DNA of 58,622 bases from the NCBI GenBank assembly GCA_903920865.1, contig CAIXNN010000060.1, forward strand, positions 1 to 58,622. The letters run 5' to 3'. This DNA is from an uncultured Actinomycetes bacterium (lineage in GTDB: Bacteria; Actinomycetota; Actinomycetes; UBA12327). This document shows, piece after piece, positions 50,475 through 58,622 of the stretch (positions are counted from its first letter, which is position 1; the number at the start of each line of letters is the position of its first letter). A program made the position numbers and the translations under genes. The notes below the pieces were generated by a model, which worked only from the letters and a program-made list of their open reading frames with translations, did not search any database and had not been told where the DNA came from.

Positions 50475-51047
50475 TCAGTCGCGGGCATTGAAGGTATTTT
50501 GCGCGGCTTCTAAACCATCAGCCATCAGAGCTTCCACCGCATCAGCGGCTCGATCGACAAGAACCTCAACATCCTTGCGCTCACTGGATGCAAAAGGTTT
50601 GAGAACAAAGGCAGCCGGATCCATGCGTCCAGGTGGGCGGCCGATGCCAAAACGAACTCGTAGGAAGTCTCCGCTTCCGGTGGACTGGCGAATGGACTTC
50701 AATCCATTGTGCCCGTTATCTCCCCCACCCAGCTTGAGACGCAATGCGCCAAATTCGATATCTAGTTCATCGTGAATCACGATCACGTTTTCAAGGTCGA
50801 CCTTGTAATAGCCCACCAGAGCGGAAACTGGGCCACCGGATTCGTTCATGTAGGAGCGTGGTTTGGCCAGCACAACACGTTGGCCGGCAAGATGGGTTTC
50901 GGCGACATCCGCACGAGCTTTGTGTGCCTTCCACTTTGAACCGGTCCGGGTCGCCAAGTTCTCAGCAACAAAAAACCCAACATTGTGTCGAGTTTGGGCG
51001 TAGGTCTCACCGGGATTACCAAGGCCAACGATTAACCACGTCGTCAT
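50475..51047 (-). CDS. pth: Peptidyl-tRNA hydrolase
   Basis: GLGNPG..Y..TRHNVG, YMNESG, HDELD and GHNGLKS motifs. Confidence 0.97.
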   Translation of the reverse strand: MTTWLIVGLGNPGETYAQTRHNVGFFVAENLATRTGSKWKAHKARADVAETHLAGQRVVLAKPRSYMNESGGPVSALVGYYKVDLENVIVIHDELDIEFGALRLKLGGGDNGHNGLKSIRQSTGSGDFLRVRFGIGRPPGRMDPAAFVLKPFASSERKDVEVLVDRAADAVEALMADGLEAAQNTFNARD

Positions 51048-51079
51048 GACGTACCTCCCGCCAGTGGAAGCGGTGGAAA

Positions 51080-51679
51080 TTAAGCGTCTGCAACAGGTGC
51101 TGCGTCAACTGCTGCGACCTCAACCGGTGCAGCAGCTTCTTCAGTCTGTGGAGACACGATGTGAACTACCGAGTAGTCAGCATCAGATTCAAGTTCAACG
51201 CCATCTGGCAATTTAAGGTCACCGGCACGCACGTTCGTCCCGATCAGCAAGCCAGCAATGTCAACTTCAATCGATGTGGGGATGCTGGTCGCAAGCGCTC
51301 GCACGGACAAGTTGTCAGCGTGCTCAACAAGGCTGCCTGGCTCAGCTGAACCAAAGGTGACGATGGGAACTTCAACCACGACCTTCTCGCCGGCATTGAC
51401 CACCACAAGGTCAACATGCTCGATGATCTGTCGGAGTGGGTCACGCTGAATCGACTTAGGCAAAGTCAACTGCGACTTTCCGTCAGCTAGTTGAAGTTGG
51501 ATCAAAACATTTTGTTGCTTCAGCGCGCGAGTCAGGTCACGGCCTGGCAAGGTGATGTGAATGGGGTCGGTGCCGTGGCCGTAAATGACCGCAGGGATTT
51601 TGCCGTCACGGCGAATTCGACGGGCGGCACCCTTACCGAATTCATCACGCGGCTGCGCATCGATGCGAACCTCGGACAC
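51080..51679 (-). CDS. rplY: 50S ribosomal protein L25/Ctc
   Basis: [22 protein letters not shown] and HVDL; GTG 51679 follows GAGGAGAAGG. Confidence 0.95.
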   Translation of the reverse strand: MSEVRIDAQPRDEFGKGAARRIRRDGKIPAVIYGHGTDPIHITLPGRDLTRALKQQNVLIQLQLADGKSQLTLPKSIQRDPLRQIIEHVDLVVVNAGEKVVVEVPIVTFGSAEPGSLVEHADNLSVRALATSIPTSIEVDIAGLLIGTNVRAGDLKLPDGVELESDADYSVVHIVSPQTEEAAAPVEVAAVDAAPVADA

Positions 51680-51795
51680 TGACCTTCTCCTCAAATCATT
51701 GTGACAAAAATTTAGAACCAACTAACCCCTTGCAAGGTGTCACACCTTACGCGAGGCCAGTGAGCAGGATTTCTTCGGGTCTAGGCAGGGCGAAA

Positions 51796-52773
51796 TCAGG
51801 AGTGGCCATCAAACAGGCTCGTGACAGAACCTTCGTCAAAGACTTCATGAATAGCGCGGGCAAGCAGCGGGGCGATAGACAAGATGGTGAGCTTGTCAAA
51901 CATTCGCTCAGGCGGGATCGGCAAGGTGTCGGTGATCACCACTTCTGAAATCCGGCTATTGGTCAGCCGTTCAGCGGCCGGGCCGGACAGGACACCGTGA
52001 GTGGAGGTAGCCACCACATCAATGGCGCCGTTCTCGAAAAGCGCGTCAGCTGCTTTGGTGATCGTGCCAGCGGTATCGATCATGTCGTCAACGATGACGC
52101 ACACTCGACCCTTCACATCACCGACGACTTCGAGAACTTTGGCTTCGTTAGGAATGTCTGGATCGCGTCGCTTGTGAATGATGGCCAACGGTGCATCCAA
52201 GATGTCAGTCCAACGCTCGGCCACGCGCACGCGTCCAGCATCTGGTGAAACGACTGTGATGTTGCTGCGGTCATAGCGCTCTTGGACGTGAGCTGCCAGC
52301 AGGGGCAACGCAAACAGGTGGTCAACCGGGCCATCAAAAAAGCCTTGGATCTGGGAGGTGTGCAGATCAACGGACATCAGGCGATTTGCACCAGCGGTCT
52401 TGAAGAGGTCGGCCATCAACCGAGCACTGATGGGCTCGCGGCCGCGGTGCTTCTTGTCCTGACGGGCGTAGGCATAAAACGGAGCGACCACTGTGATGCG
52501 CTTTGCCGATGCACGCTTAAGTGCGTCAACCATCAGCATCTGTTCCATGATCCACTTGTTCACCGGTTCTGTGTGGCTTTGAAGCACAAACGCATCACAG
52601 CCGCGAACGGATTCTTCGAAGCGAACAAAGATTTCGCCGTTGGCAAAGTCATAGGCGCTAGTCGGGACGATTTCTACGCCGAGTTGTTCGGCAACCGCTT
52701 CTGCAAGTGCAGGGTGGGCCCGGCCCGTAAAGAGCATGAGCTTCTTGTGGCCAGTGGTCTTAATGCCGGTCAC
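51796..52773 (-). CDS. prs: Ribose-phosphate pyrophosphokinase
   Basis: FANGE, YARQDKK, DLHTSQIQGFF, VSPDAG and VDDMIDTAGT motifs. Confidence 0.97.
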   Translation of the reverse strand: MTGIKTTGHKKLMLFTGRAHPALAEAVAEQLGVEIVPTSAYDFANGEIFVRFEESVRGCDAFVLQSHTEPVNKWIMEQMLMVDALKRASAKRITVVAPFYAYARQDKKHRGREPISARLMADLFKTAGANRLMSVDLHTSQIQGFFDGPVDHLFALPLLAAHVQERYDRSNITVVSPDAGRVRVAERWTDILDAPLAIIHKRRDPDIPNEAKVLEVVGDVKGRVCVIVDDMIDTAGTITKAADALFENGAIDVVATSTHGVLSGPAAERLTNSRISEVVITDTLPIPPERMFDKLTILSIAPLLARAIHEVFDEGSVTSLFDGHS

Positions 52774-52867
52774 TTCATGCCTCTCGCGTTCATTGTCGGG
52801 CGGAACTTGACAGGTCTCAATCCTGCCGGTGAGTCAGCAGGCTAGCCCAGCGGGGTCTGCGTGTTGA

Positions 52868-54337
52868 TCAAGATTGGGAAATATCTGACCCGGTTTGCCC
52901 AGTGTCTTCCCCGGTGGCTTCAGCCCGTTGCGCGGCTTGCGCCGAAGAACTTCCAGGGCGCTTGCGCTGAACCCAACCATTGATGATCCGCTGACGGGCA
53001 CGGGCCACCGCCATCGCTCCTGCCGGGACATCGTCAGTGATCACAGACCCGGCGGCGGTGTAAGCACCGTCTCCAATGGTGACCGGCGCAACCAGCATGG
53101 TGTCGCTTCCGATTCGAACTGAGTCACCGATGATCGTTCGATGTTTGTTCTCGCCATCAAAATTCACAAATACCGTAGCCGCACCAATATTGGTATCCGA
53201 ACCAATCTGCGCATCGCCCACGTAGGAAAGATGCGGAACTTTAGAGCCCTCACCAACGCGGGAGTTCTTAATTTCAACAAACCCACCGACCTTTGCGCCG
53301 CGATCAAGAATGGTTCCCGGCCTTAGATAGGTGTACGGACCCACTGTTGCCTGCGCTCCAATGACGGCAAGTTCACAGGTTGCATCCCTTACATGGGCGT
53401 CTTCGCCAACTTCGGTATCCAGCAGCCACACCCGCGGGCCAACAATGGCGCCAGCACCTACTGAGGTCGCCCCGAGTAGTTGGGTATCGGGTAACAAGAC
53501 CGCCTCTGGGGCAACATCGACGTTGACATCAATCCAAGTGGTGGATGGGTCCTTGATGGTGACTCCAGAGAGCATAAGTTCACGATTTCGCCGGTCGCGG
53601 ATGACTTCACCGGCGTGGGCCAACTGGGCTCGATCGTTAATTCCCAAAATTTCATCGGGGTGAGCCGCTGACACCGCAGACACCCGCAAGGCAGCTGAGC
53701 GCATCAGAGCCACAACATCGGTCAAATATTCCTCACCTTGGGAATTGTCCGTTGTCAGCTGATTCAGGGCTTCACGAAGTGGTCCGGCTGTAAAGGCGTA
53801 CATGCCAGAGTTGACCTCGCGCACTCTCAACTGTCCTTCATCCGCGTCAGATTGTTCAACGATGGACTCCACAGTTCCATCGACGGCTCGAATGACTCGT
53901 CCATACCCGGTGGGGTCTTGAACGGTAGCCGTAAGCACCGTTGCACTGTTTAGTTCACCTTCGTGGGCTTGGCATAACGCCAGCAATGTCTGGGTGGTCA
54001 TCAAGGGGCTATCGCCGGACAGCACAACAATTGTTCCCTCAACGCCCGCGAGGGCATCCAGGGCGATCCGCACGGCATGACCGGTGCCGTTTTGTTCCTC
54101 TTGAACAACGGTGATCACATCGGGGTCAATTTCTGTCAGATGTTCACCCACGAGATCGCGACCGTGACCAACCACGGTGACGATCTGATCGGGATGCAGG
54201 GTGCGGGCAACATGAACAACGTGCCCGAGCAAGGTGCGTCCAGCAAGTGAATGCAAAACCTTTGGCGTGCTCGATCGCATCCGAGTTCCCTCGCCAGCAG
54301 CAAGGATCACCACGGCTGCAGGTCTGGTCTGGCTCAC
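52868..54337 (-). CDS. glmU: Bifunctional UDP-GlcNAc diphosphorylase / glucosamine-1-phosphate acetyltransferase
   Basis: LAAGEGTRM..PKVLH, GTGHA, GYGR, EEYLTD, hexapeptide repeats and HLSYVGDA. Confidence 0.97.
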   Translation of the reverse strand: MSQTRPAAVVILAAGEGTRMRSSTPKVLHSLAGRTLLGHVVHVARTLHPDQIVTVVGHGRDLVGEHLTEIDPDVITVVQEEQNGTGHAVRIALDALAGVEGTIVVLSGDSPLMTTQTLLALCQAHEGELNSATVLTATVQDPTGYGRVIRAVDGTVESIVEQSDADEGQLRVREVNSGMYAFTAGPLREALNQLTTDNSQGEEYLTDVVALMRSAALRVSAVSAAHPDEILGINDRAQLAHAGEVIRDRRNRELMLSGVTIKDPSTTWIDVNVDVAPEAVLLPDTQLLGATSVGAGAIVGPRVWLLDTEVGEDAHVRDATCELAVIGAQATVGPYTYLRPGTILDRGAKVGGFVEIKNSRVGEGSKVPHLSYVGDAQIGSDTNIGAATVFVNFDGENKHRTIIGDSVRIGSDTMLVAPVTIGDGAYTAAGSVITDDVPAGAMAVARARQRIINGWVQRKRPGSSSAQAAQRAEATGEDTGQTGSDISQS

Positions 54338-54383
54338 CTATCCACCTTAGCGAGAATTAACTCAGGTCTGAATTCTCAATGGG

Positions 54384-54455
54384 CTCCCAGACGAGGATTC
54401 GAACCTCGGTTCTCGGCACCAAAGGCCGGTGTCCTGCCAGCTAGACGATCTGGGA
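54384..54455 (-). tRNA. tRNA-Gln (anticodon TTG)
   Basis: TCCCAGA/TCTGGGA acceptor stem, anticodon loop CT-TTG-GT, T-arm CGAGG-TTCGAAT-CCTCG; usual position next to glmU. Confidence 0.95.
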
Positions 54456-54559
54456 TTGGCGCGATCTGCACGCCTGAATGTGCGCAAGCCTAGAACGACG
54501 CGCCTGACGTAGGTGAAGTGGGCATCATGCTTGGTCCAAGCCTTGGGCATGATGAAGCC

Positions 54560-55207
54560 GTGAGCCTTCCACCGGACCCAGCAGAACTGGCTAGTTCTGG
54601 ACGCGTTCGAACACGCATGAGCGGTAACCAGCGGCGCGAGCAACTCCTGGATGTAGGACGCTCGCTGTTTGCTGAACGAGGTTTTGATGCCACCTCCGTT
54701 GAGGAAATTGCCACAAAAGCTGGAGTTTCCAAGCCGGTGGTTTACGAACACTTCGGTGGCAAGGAAGGGCTGTACGCCGTTGTCGTAGATCGTGAGGTTC
54801 AAAAACTTACGGATGCGATTAAGGGTTCACTTATTGCAGGGCACCCACGGGAAGTCCTTGAAGGTGTTGCTTTCGCGCTGTTGAACTACGTCGAAAATAA
54901 TTCGGATGGATTTCGAATTCTGGTGCGTGATTCACCGGTAGCAACATCTACCGGAACATTTTCAAGTTTGATTGGCGATGTTGCATCCCAAGTTGAGCAC
55001 CTACTCGTTGAACAATTTCGAATCCGTGGCTTTGATACCAGTTATGCGCCGATGTACTCACAAATGTTGGTCGGCATGGTGGCGCTGACTGGACAGTGGT
55101 GGCTTGATGTACGCGAACCAAGTAAAGATGATGTGGTCGCGCATCTTGTCAATCTTGCGTGGAATGGCTTGGCTGGCCTTGAGACCGATCCAAAACTCAC
55201 GCACTGA
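54560..55207 (+). CDS. TetR-family transcriptional regulator (Rv1019-like)
   Basis: RREQLLDVGRSLFAERG...EEIA..AGVSKPVVYEHFGGKE. Start is GTG 54560 or ATG 54617. Confidence 0.92.
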   Translation: MSLPPDPAELASSGRVRTRMSGNQRREQLLDVGRSLFAERGFDATSVEEIATKAGVSKPVVYEHFGGKEGLYAVVVDREVQKLTDAIKGSLIAGHPREVLEGVAFALLNYVENNSDGFRILVRDSPVATSTGTFSSLIGDVASQVEHLLVEQFRIRGFDTSYAPMYSQMLVGMVALTGQWWLDVREPSKDDVVAHLVNLAWNGLAGLETDPKLTH

Positions 55208-56129
55208 TAACGCGAGCCCCCTGGACCGGACCTTGAGCGGTACGAACGGTGCGACACACACCTGATGAGGTCAAGGCCACGGCGATATCGAGGGCATGGG
55301 AATGATCGCGAGCTAAAAAAGCACAGGTAGGACCAGATCCAGAAACTAAACCTGCGATTGCACCAGCATCCTGACCCGCAGTCAGGACTGACTTCAGATC
55401 AGGACGCAAAGCAATCGCTGCGGCTTGAAGATCGTTGGTCATAGCCCCCGCCAAAGCGTCAGGATCACCGCTACTTAGTGCCGTCAAGATCGCATCGGGC
55501 ACGCGGGGTTCGGGGATGACGCGATCGGCGCGCAATTCATCAAGTTTGGAAAAAACACTCGGTGTAGGCAGCCCGCCAAGGGCGAGCGCAAAGACCCAAT
55601 GAAAACTTCCGCGCGCTAAAACCGAGGTTAATTGATCTCCCCTACCAAGACCCAGAGCAGTTCCACCATGAAGACAAAACGGAACATCGGATCCAAGTTG
55701 GGCTGCAAGGTGGTTCAAAACTTCGCGTGAAAGATTCAATCCCCACAACTGATTACACGCCACAAGTACACCGGCAGCATCGGCACTTCCGCCAGCCATT
55801 CCGCCAGCCACCGGAATTCCTTTAGTGATCGCAATATCAACATCAGGAATCACGCCAGCATGGCGAGCAATGAGTTCAGCTGCGCGCCAAGCCAGATTGG
55901 TGTGATCGGTGGGCACGACGTCTTGCCCTTCGCCACTGATCGACAGGGAAATACCCCCACCGACATTTGGCGATACTTCGATGTCATCAAAAAGTGAAAC
56001 AGCTTGAAAAATCGTGGACAGATTGTGGTACCCATCGGGCTCAACTCCACCAACGCACAGCGCAAGGTTGACCTTGCCTGGGGCGCGAACCACGATTGCC
56101 TCTGAATACTCAGGCAGGCTGGCTGTCAT
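55197..56129 (-). CDS. ispE: 4-diphosphocytidyl-2-C-methyl-D-erythritol kinase
   Basis: APGKVNL, GYH, IPVAGGMAGGSADAA, LGSDVPF, NDLQ and SGSGPT motifs. Confidence 0.96.
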   Translation of the reverse strand: MTASLPEYSEAIVVRAPGKVNLALCVGGVEPDGYHNLSTIFQAVSLFDDIEVSPNVGGGISLSISGEGQDVVPTDHTNLAWRAAELIARHAGVIPDVDIAITKGIPVAGGMAGGSADAAGVLVACNQLWGLNLSREVLNHLAAQLGSDVPFCLHGGTALGLGRGDQLTSVLARGSFHWVFALALGGLPTPSVFSKLDELRADRVIPEPRVPDAILTALSSGDPDALAGAMTNDLQAAAIALRPDLKSVLTAGQDAGAIAGLVSGSGPTCAFLARDHSHALDIAVALTSSGVCRTVRTAQGPVQGARVISA

Positions 56130-57001
56130 GTCCTTATCCTGCGCTTCTTGGCCACCGCAATGTTTGCAAAATCCAAAACATTTAAAGCCTCCCCACGAAG
56201 TGCTGGGTCAACACCGGCCTCAAGAAGAATTTCGTCAACAAGCTCGCGTGAACCAGCCCAGCTAGCCAAGGTCGAGCGCAACGTTTTCCGACGCTGCGCA
56301 AAAGCCGCGTCAACGACGGCAAAAACCTCTTCTCTGCTGGCCTGAGTGGTAATAACTGGTTGACGGGTGATGCAGATCAGCCCTGAATCCACCCGTGGCT
56401 GCGGCCAAAAGACTTTGGTCCCCACCGATCCCACCCGAGTGACATTGCCAAACCATCGTGCCTTGACAGATGGAATGCCATACACCCGCGAGCCGGAAGG
56501 TGCGGCTAACCGATCAGCAACTTCGGACTGGACCATCACCAATACTTTGGTTATTGACTCAAAGGTTGCAAGCAAATGAAGTAACACCGGAACTGAGACG
56601 TTGTACGGAAGGTTGGCCACCAATGCGGTTGGTTCTTGATCTAATGAGTTGACCTGTAACGCATCGGCATTGATGATCTGTAGCCGATTGACCAACGTCG
56701 GGGCTTGCTCGCTGATGGTCTTAGGCAACGCACCGGCTAGAACGTCATCAATTTCTACCGCAATAACCTGTTGTACTTTCGGAAGGAGCCCTAGCGTTAA
56801 CGAACCAAGTCCTGGGCCTACTTCAAGGACGACATCATCTGAGGCAACATTGGCCAGCGCCACGATGCGCCGAACCGTATTGGCATCGACCACAAAATTT
56901 TGTCCGCGTTGTTTGGTCGGTCGAAGATTGAGCTCTGCGGCCAGTTCTCGGATGCGAACAGCTCCTAGAAGCTGAACATCGTCTTCGCTGGGACCTACCA
57001 A
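56126..57001 (-). CDS. rsmA: 16S rRNA dimethyladenosine transferase
   Basis: GQNFVVD, EVGPGLGSLT, ANLPYN, MVQSEVA and AFAQRRKTLR motifs. Confidence 0.96.
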   Translation of the reverse strand: MVGPSEDDVQLLGAVRIRELAAELNLRPTKQRGQNFVVDANTVRRIVALANVASDDVVLEVGPGLGSLTLGLLPKVQQVIAVEIDDVLAGALPKTISEQAPTLVNRLQIINADALQVNSLDQEPTALVANLPYNVSVPVLLHLLATFESITKVLVMVQSEVADRLAAPSGSRVYGIPSVKARWFGNVTRVGSVGTKVFWPQPRVDSGLICITRQPVITTQASREEVFAVVDAAFAQRRKTLRSTLASWAGSRELVDEILLEAGVDPALRGEALNVLDFANIAVAKKRRIRT

Positions 57002-57876
57002 GGCCCGAACACTCGATCTGAATTATCCGAGATGGCTTGCGCAACCTCAGCTTCTGAAACATCTACTGCCGCGGCCATGGCACGAATGGTGTGTGGGATC
57101 AAATACGAAGCATTCGGCCGGCCTCTAAAGGGGGCGGGCGTTAAAAAGGGCGCATCTGTTTCAACCAATACTTGGCTGAGCGGAGTTACGGCCAAAGCAT
57201 CGCGCAAACTCTGTGCATTTTTAAAGGTAACGGTGCCAGCGAAGGACAGATAGAAACCGCGGTCCACACACTGGCGAGCAAATGCTGCATCTCCCGAAAA
57301 ACAATGCATCACGACAACTTCCGGAGCCCCAACTTCCTCCAGGATCAACAGCACATCATCGTGAGCTTCACGATCGTGAATCACTAACGGCTTACCTACT
57401 TCCTTGGCAATAGCAATGTGCTGCTTGAAGGATGCATGTTGTGCCGCACGACCGTTTTCATCAGTGCGGAAATAGTCCAAGCCTGTTTCGCCCACTGCTC
57501 TGACTCGCTCATGAGTGGCCAGTTGAGCAATTTCGACTAATGCGTCATCGAGTTCGCCTAAATCTGCAAGGCGTGGAGCTTCATTGGGGTGCAAGGCAAC
57601 GGCAGCCAACACACGTGCGTGAGAATTCGCCGCCTCTACCGACCATCGGGCACTGGGAAGATCACAACCAATTTGGACTATGCGATTGACTCCCACGGCC
57701 GCAGCCATGTCCAACGCCTGACCAACATCGAGCCAGGTTTGGCCATCGCGAATGTCTAGATGGCAGTGGCTATCGGCAACGGCAACGGCAAGCGGTTCCG
57801 GTGCCGGCGGGTAGGTGGTGTCGCGCGTGCGCTCTTCTTGCTTGCGCTGGCGAACCGGTTGGAGGTCCTCACTCAT
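56995..57876 (-). CDS. tatD: TatD-family nuclease
   Basis: DSHCHL, LHPN, GETGLDY, IHDRE, HCFSG and ETDAPFL motifs. Confidence 0.94.
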   Translation of the reverse strand: MSEDLQPVRQRKQEERTRDTTYPPAPEPLAVAVADSHCHLDIRDGQTWLDVGQALDMAAAVGVNRIVQIGCDLPSARWSVEAANSHARVLAAVALHPNEAPRLADLGELDDALVEIAQLATHERVRAVGETGLDYFRTDENGRAAQHASFKQHIAIAKEVGKPLVIHDREAHDDVLLILEEVGAPEVVVMHCFSGDAAFARQCVDRGFYLSFAGTVTFKNAQSLRDALAVTPLSQVLVETDAPFLTPAPFRGRPNASYLIPHTIRAMAAAVDVSEAEVAQAISDNSDRVFGPW

Positions 57877-58622
57877 GAAGAAAATTCCTCAGGATCTTCC
57901 AACCGTGGGAACAGCGAGTCACCCTTCGTCAACACGCTGCCCGCAGGAAGCAGGCCCCATTGACCACAGTCTTGAATGCGTTGATTGGCCAGCGATCCCA
58001 GGGCAGCTTCGGCGCCTAGTTGCGCCCACAACGATGCACATGCTTTCGGCATCACCGGATTGAGCAGAACGGACAAGATGCGCAAACCTTCGGCCGCGGC
58101 GTACAACGTTGTTGCTACGCAATCTCGGGCGGCCTGGTCAGTGTCCATCGTCTTGGCAACTTTCCACGGCTCTTGAATGGTGAGGTAGCCATTAACCGCA
58201 TCGACGAGTTCCCACGTGGCATTAATCGCACCGGAAAAACTCAAGGAATCAACGGCAGCATCAGCGGCCTGTGCTGCTCGGGCCGCGACCTGTGCCAATT
58301 CCTTCTCAGGATCGCCCGCCGAAACGGCTTCGGGTAGGACGCCATCAAAGTATTTGTTGGTCATCGCGGTCACACGAGAAGCAAGGTTGCCTAACCCATT
58401 GGCAAGTTCAGACGTGTAGCGCGCCGACATGTCTTCCCATGAGAACGATCCATCTTGCCCAAACGAAATCGCGCGCATGAAGTAGTAGCGAAAGGCGTCA
58501 GAACCAAAGTGATCAATGATCGCGCTAGGAGCGATACCAGTGAGTTTGCTCTTACTCATCTTTTCGCCACCGACGAGCAACCAACCATGCGCGAACACCT
58601 TTTTGGGCAACGGTAAGCCAGC
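57873..58622 (-). CDS. metG: Methionine--tRNA ligase, C-terminal part (5' end outside window)
   Basis: AHGWL, KMSKS, ELANGLGNL, EPWK and LFPRL motifs; frame is open to the window edge. Confidence 0.95.
   Translation of the reverse strand, partial: AGLPLPKKVFAHGWLLVGGEKMSKSKLTGIAPSAIIDHFGSDAFRYYFMRAISFGQDGSFSWEDMSARYTSELANGLGNLASRVTAMTNKYFDGVLPEAVSAGDPEKELAQVAARAAQAADAAVDSLSFSGAINATWELVDAVNGYLTIQEPWKVAKTMDTDQAARDCVATTLYAAAEGLRILSVLLNPVMPKACASLWAQLGAEAALGSLANQRIQDCGQWGLLPAGSVLTKGDSLFPRLEDPEEFSS

Noticed and set aside
54420-54432. C-A mismatch at the top of the tRNA-Gln anticodon stem as a sign of pseudogenisation
   Set aside because: All other arms are intact and the locus is syntenic; a single terminal mismatch is tolerated.

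Overview
Conserved core segment of an Actinomycetota chromosome of moderate GC (mid-50s %, estimated by eye). The gene order follows the familiar actinobacterial layout: sdhAB, mutT-ychF, rmuC, ispH, xseAB, glpX, fumarase, isoprenyl transferase, hemolysin III, greA, msrA, tRNA-Leu(TAA), ppx-DUF501-divIC-eno, mfd, pth-rplY-prs-glmU, tRNA-Gln(TTG), tetR, ispE-rsmA-tatD-metG. Several usual neighbours (mca, mazG, phoH2, rpfB) are absent from their typical slots. I saw no mobile elements, prophage or CRISPR. The most notable signal is a minus-strand RNA element at 45252-45329 that matches the class II c-di-GMP riboswitch element by element (P1, kink-turn, P3, pseudoknot, AACCG motif). It lies 47 nt upstream of a 1238-aa LPKTG sortase-anchored protein with DUF11-like repeats and an unusual Cys-Cys/His-Lys-rich N-terminal region. 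A membrane PAS-GGDEF-EAL enzyme in the same window suggests a c-di-GMP-switched adhesion system. A second, unassigned ~155-nt structured leader precedes a secreted lytic transglycosylase and does not resemble the c-di-AMP riboswitch expected there. There is also a GT-C-type glycosyltransferase fused to LGFP-like repeats. All calls come from reading the sequence and recalled family motifs; no searches were run.
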